A stretch of DNA of 27,632 nt from a virus (taxonomy: Duplodnaviria > Caudoviricetes), in the IMG/VR virus record IMGVR_UViG_3300038318_000481, positions 1 through 27,632 of that record, one strand, 5' to 3'. Below, piece after piece: positions 27,403 through 27,632 of this stretch. Every line of letters starts with the position of its first letter. Within the stretch, counting starts at the first letter, position 1. The notes beneath the pieces were generated by a model that saw only the letters and a list, made by a program, of their open reading frames with translations, searched no databases and was not told the DNA's origin. The position numbers and the translations under genes are program-made.

Positions 27403-27632
27403 ATGATGACAGAAATTCAAAAATGGCTTAGCAATCCAAAGCGCAAGTATGCTGATGGATTGGAGTATTTCAACCGGTTTGCATCGAAGAAACAAAAAGA
27501 ATCATTTGGGAATTTTCTCAATGAAGTGAAGAATGATGCCATTCATCAGTTTGGTGGATCCGGCCAGTTCCCAATCCTTATCAACCAGGTTGTATTCGTG
27601 CTTCAGCGGATAAAGACAAACCCCGACCTTTT
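27403..27632 (+). CDS. Hypothetical phage protein, 3'-truncated
   Basis: MMTEIQKWLSNPKRKYADGLEYFNRF... stays open to the window end. Confidence 0.65.
   Translation, partial: MMTEIQKWLSNPKRKYADGLEYFNRFASKKQKESFGNFLNEVKNDAIHQFGGSGQFPILINQVVFVLQRIKTNPDL

Overview
The whole window looks like one temperate tailed phage of a Bacteroidota (probably Bacteroidales) host, judged from TAnnTTTG promoters, A-rich SD-less gene starts and the gene families. It appears to be in excised or circular form: an intact attP carrying an 18-bp copy of a tRNA-Pro 3' end sits beside the integrase, with phage genes on both sides. Gene order: tail fibre/spike (5'-truncated), tape measure, tail protein, integrase and attP, an AT-rich accessory block with an SDH/ClpP-like protease, repressor/Cro switch, early genes and antirepressor, primase-helicase, small ORFs, an iteron-rich origin candidate, then head genes (S49 protease, scaffold, Ig-fused capsid) and a tail tube. 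Main oddities: (1) a 605-bp integron-like gene cassette with a reconstructable attC-like hairpin inserted at an AAC site, with no IntI in the window; (2) a stand-alone copy of the primase-helicase C-terminal domain beside a symmetric AGCAC array; (3) a tail-tube-like protein with a signal-peptide-like leader, plus a distant paralogue; (4) a candidate protease-based accessory or defence operon; (5) a candidate late-promoter motif. All family assignments come from reading motifs by eye; no searches were run.
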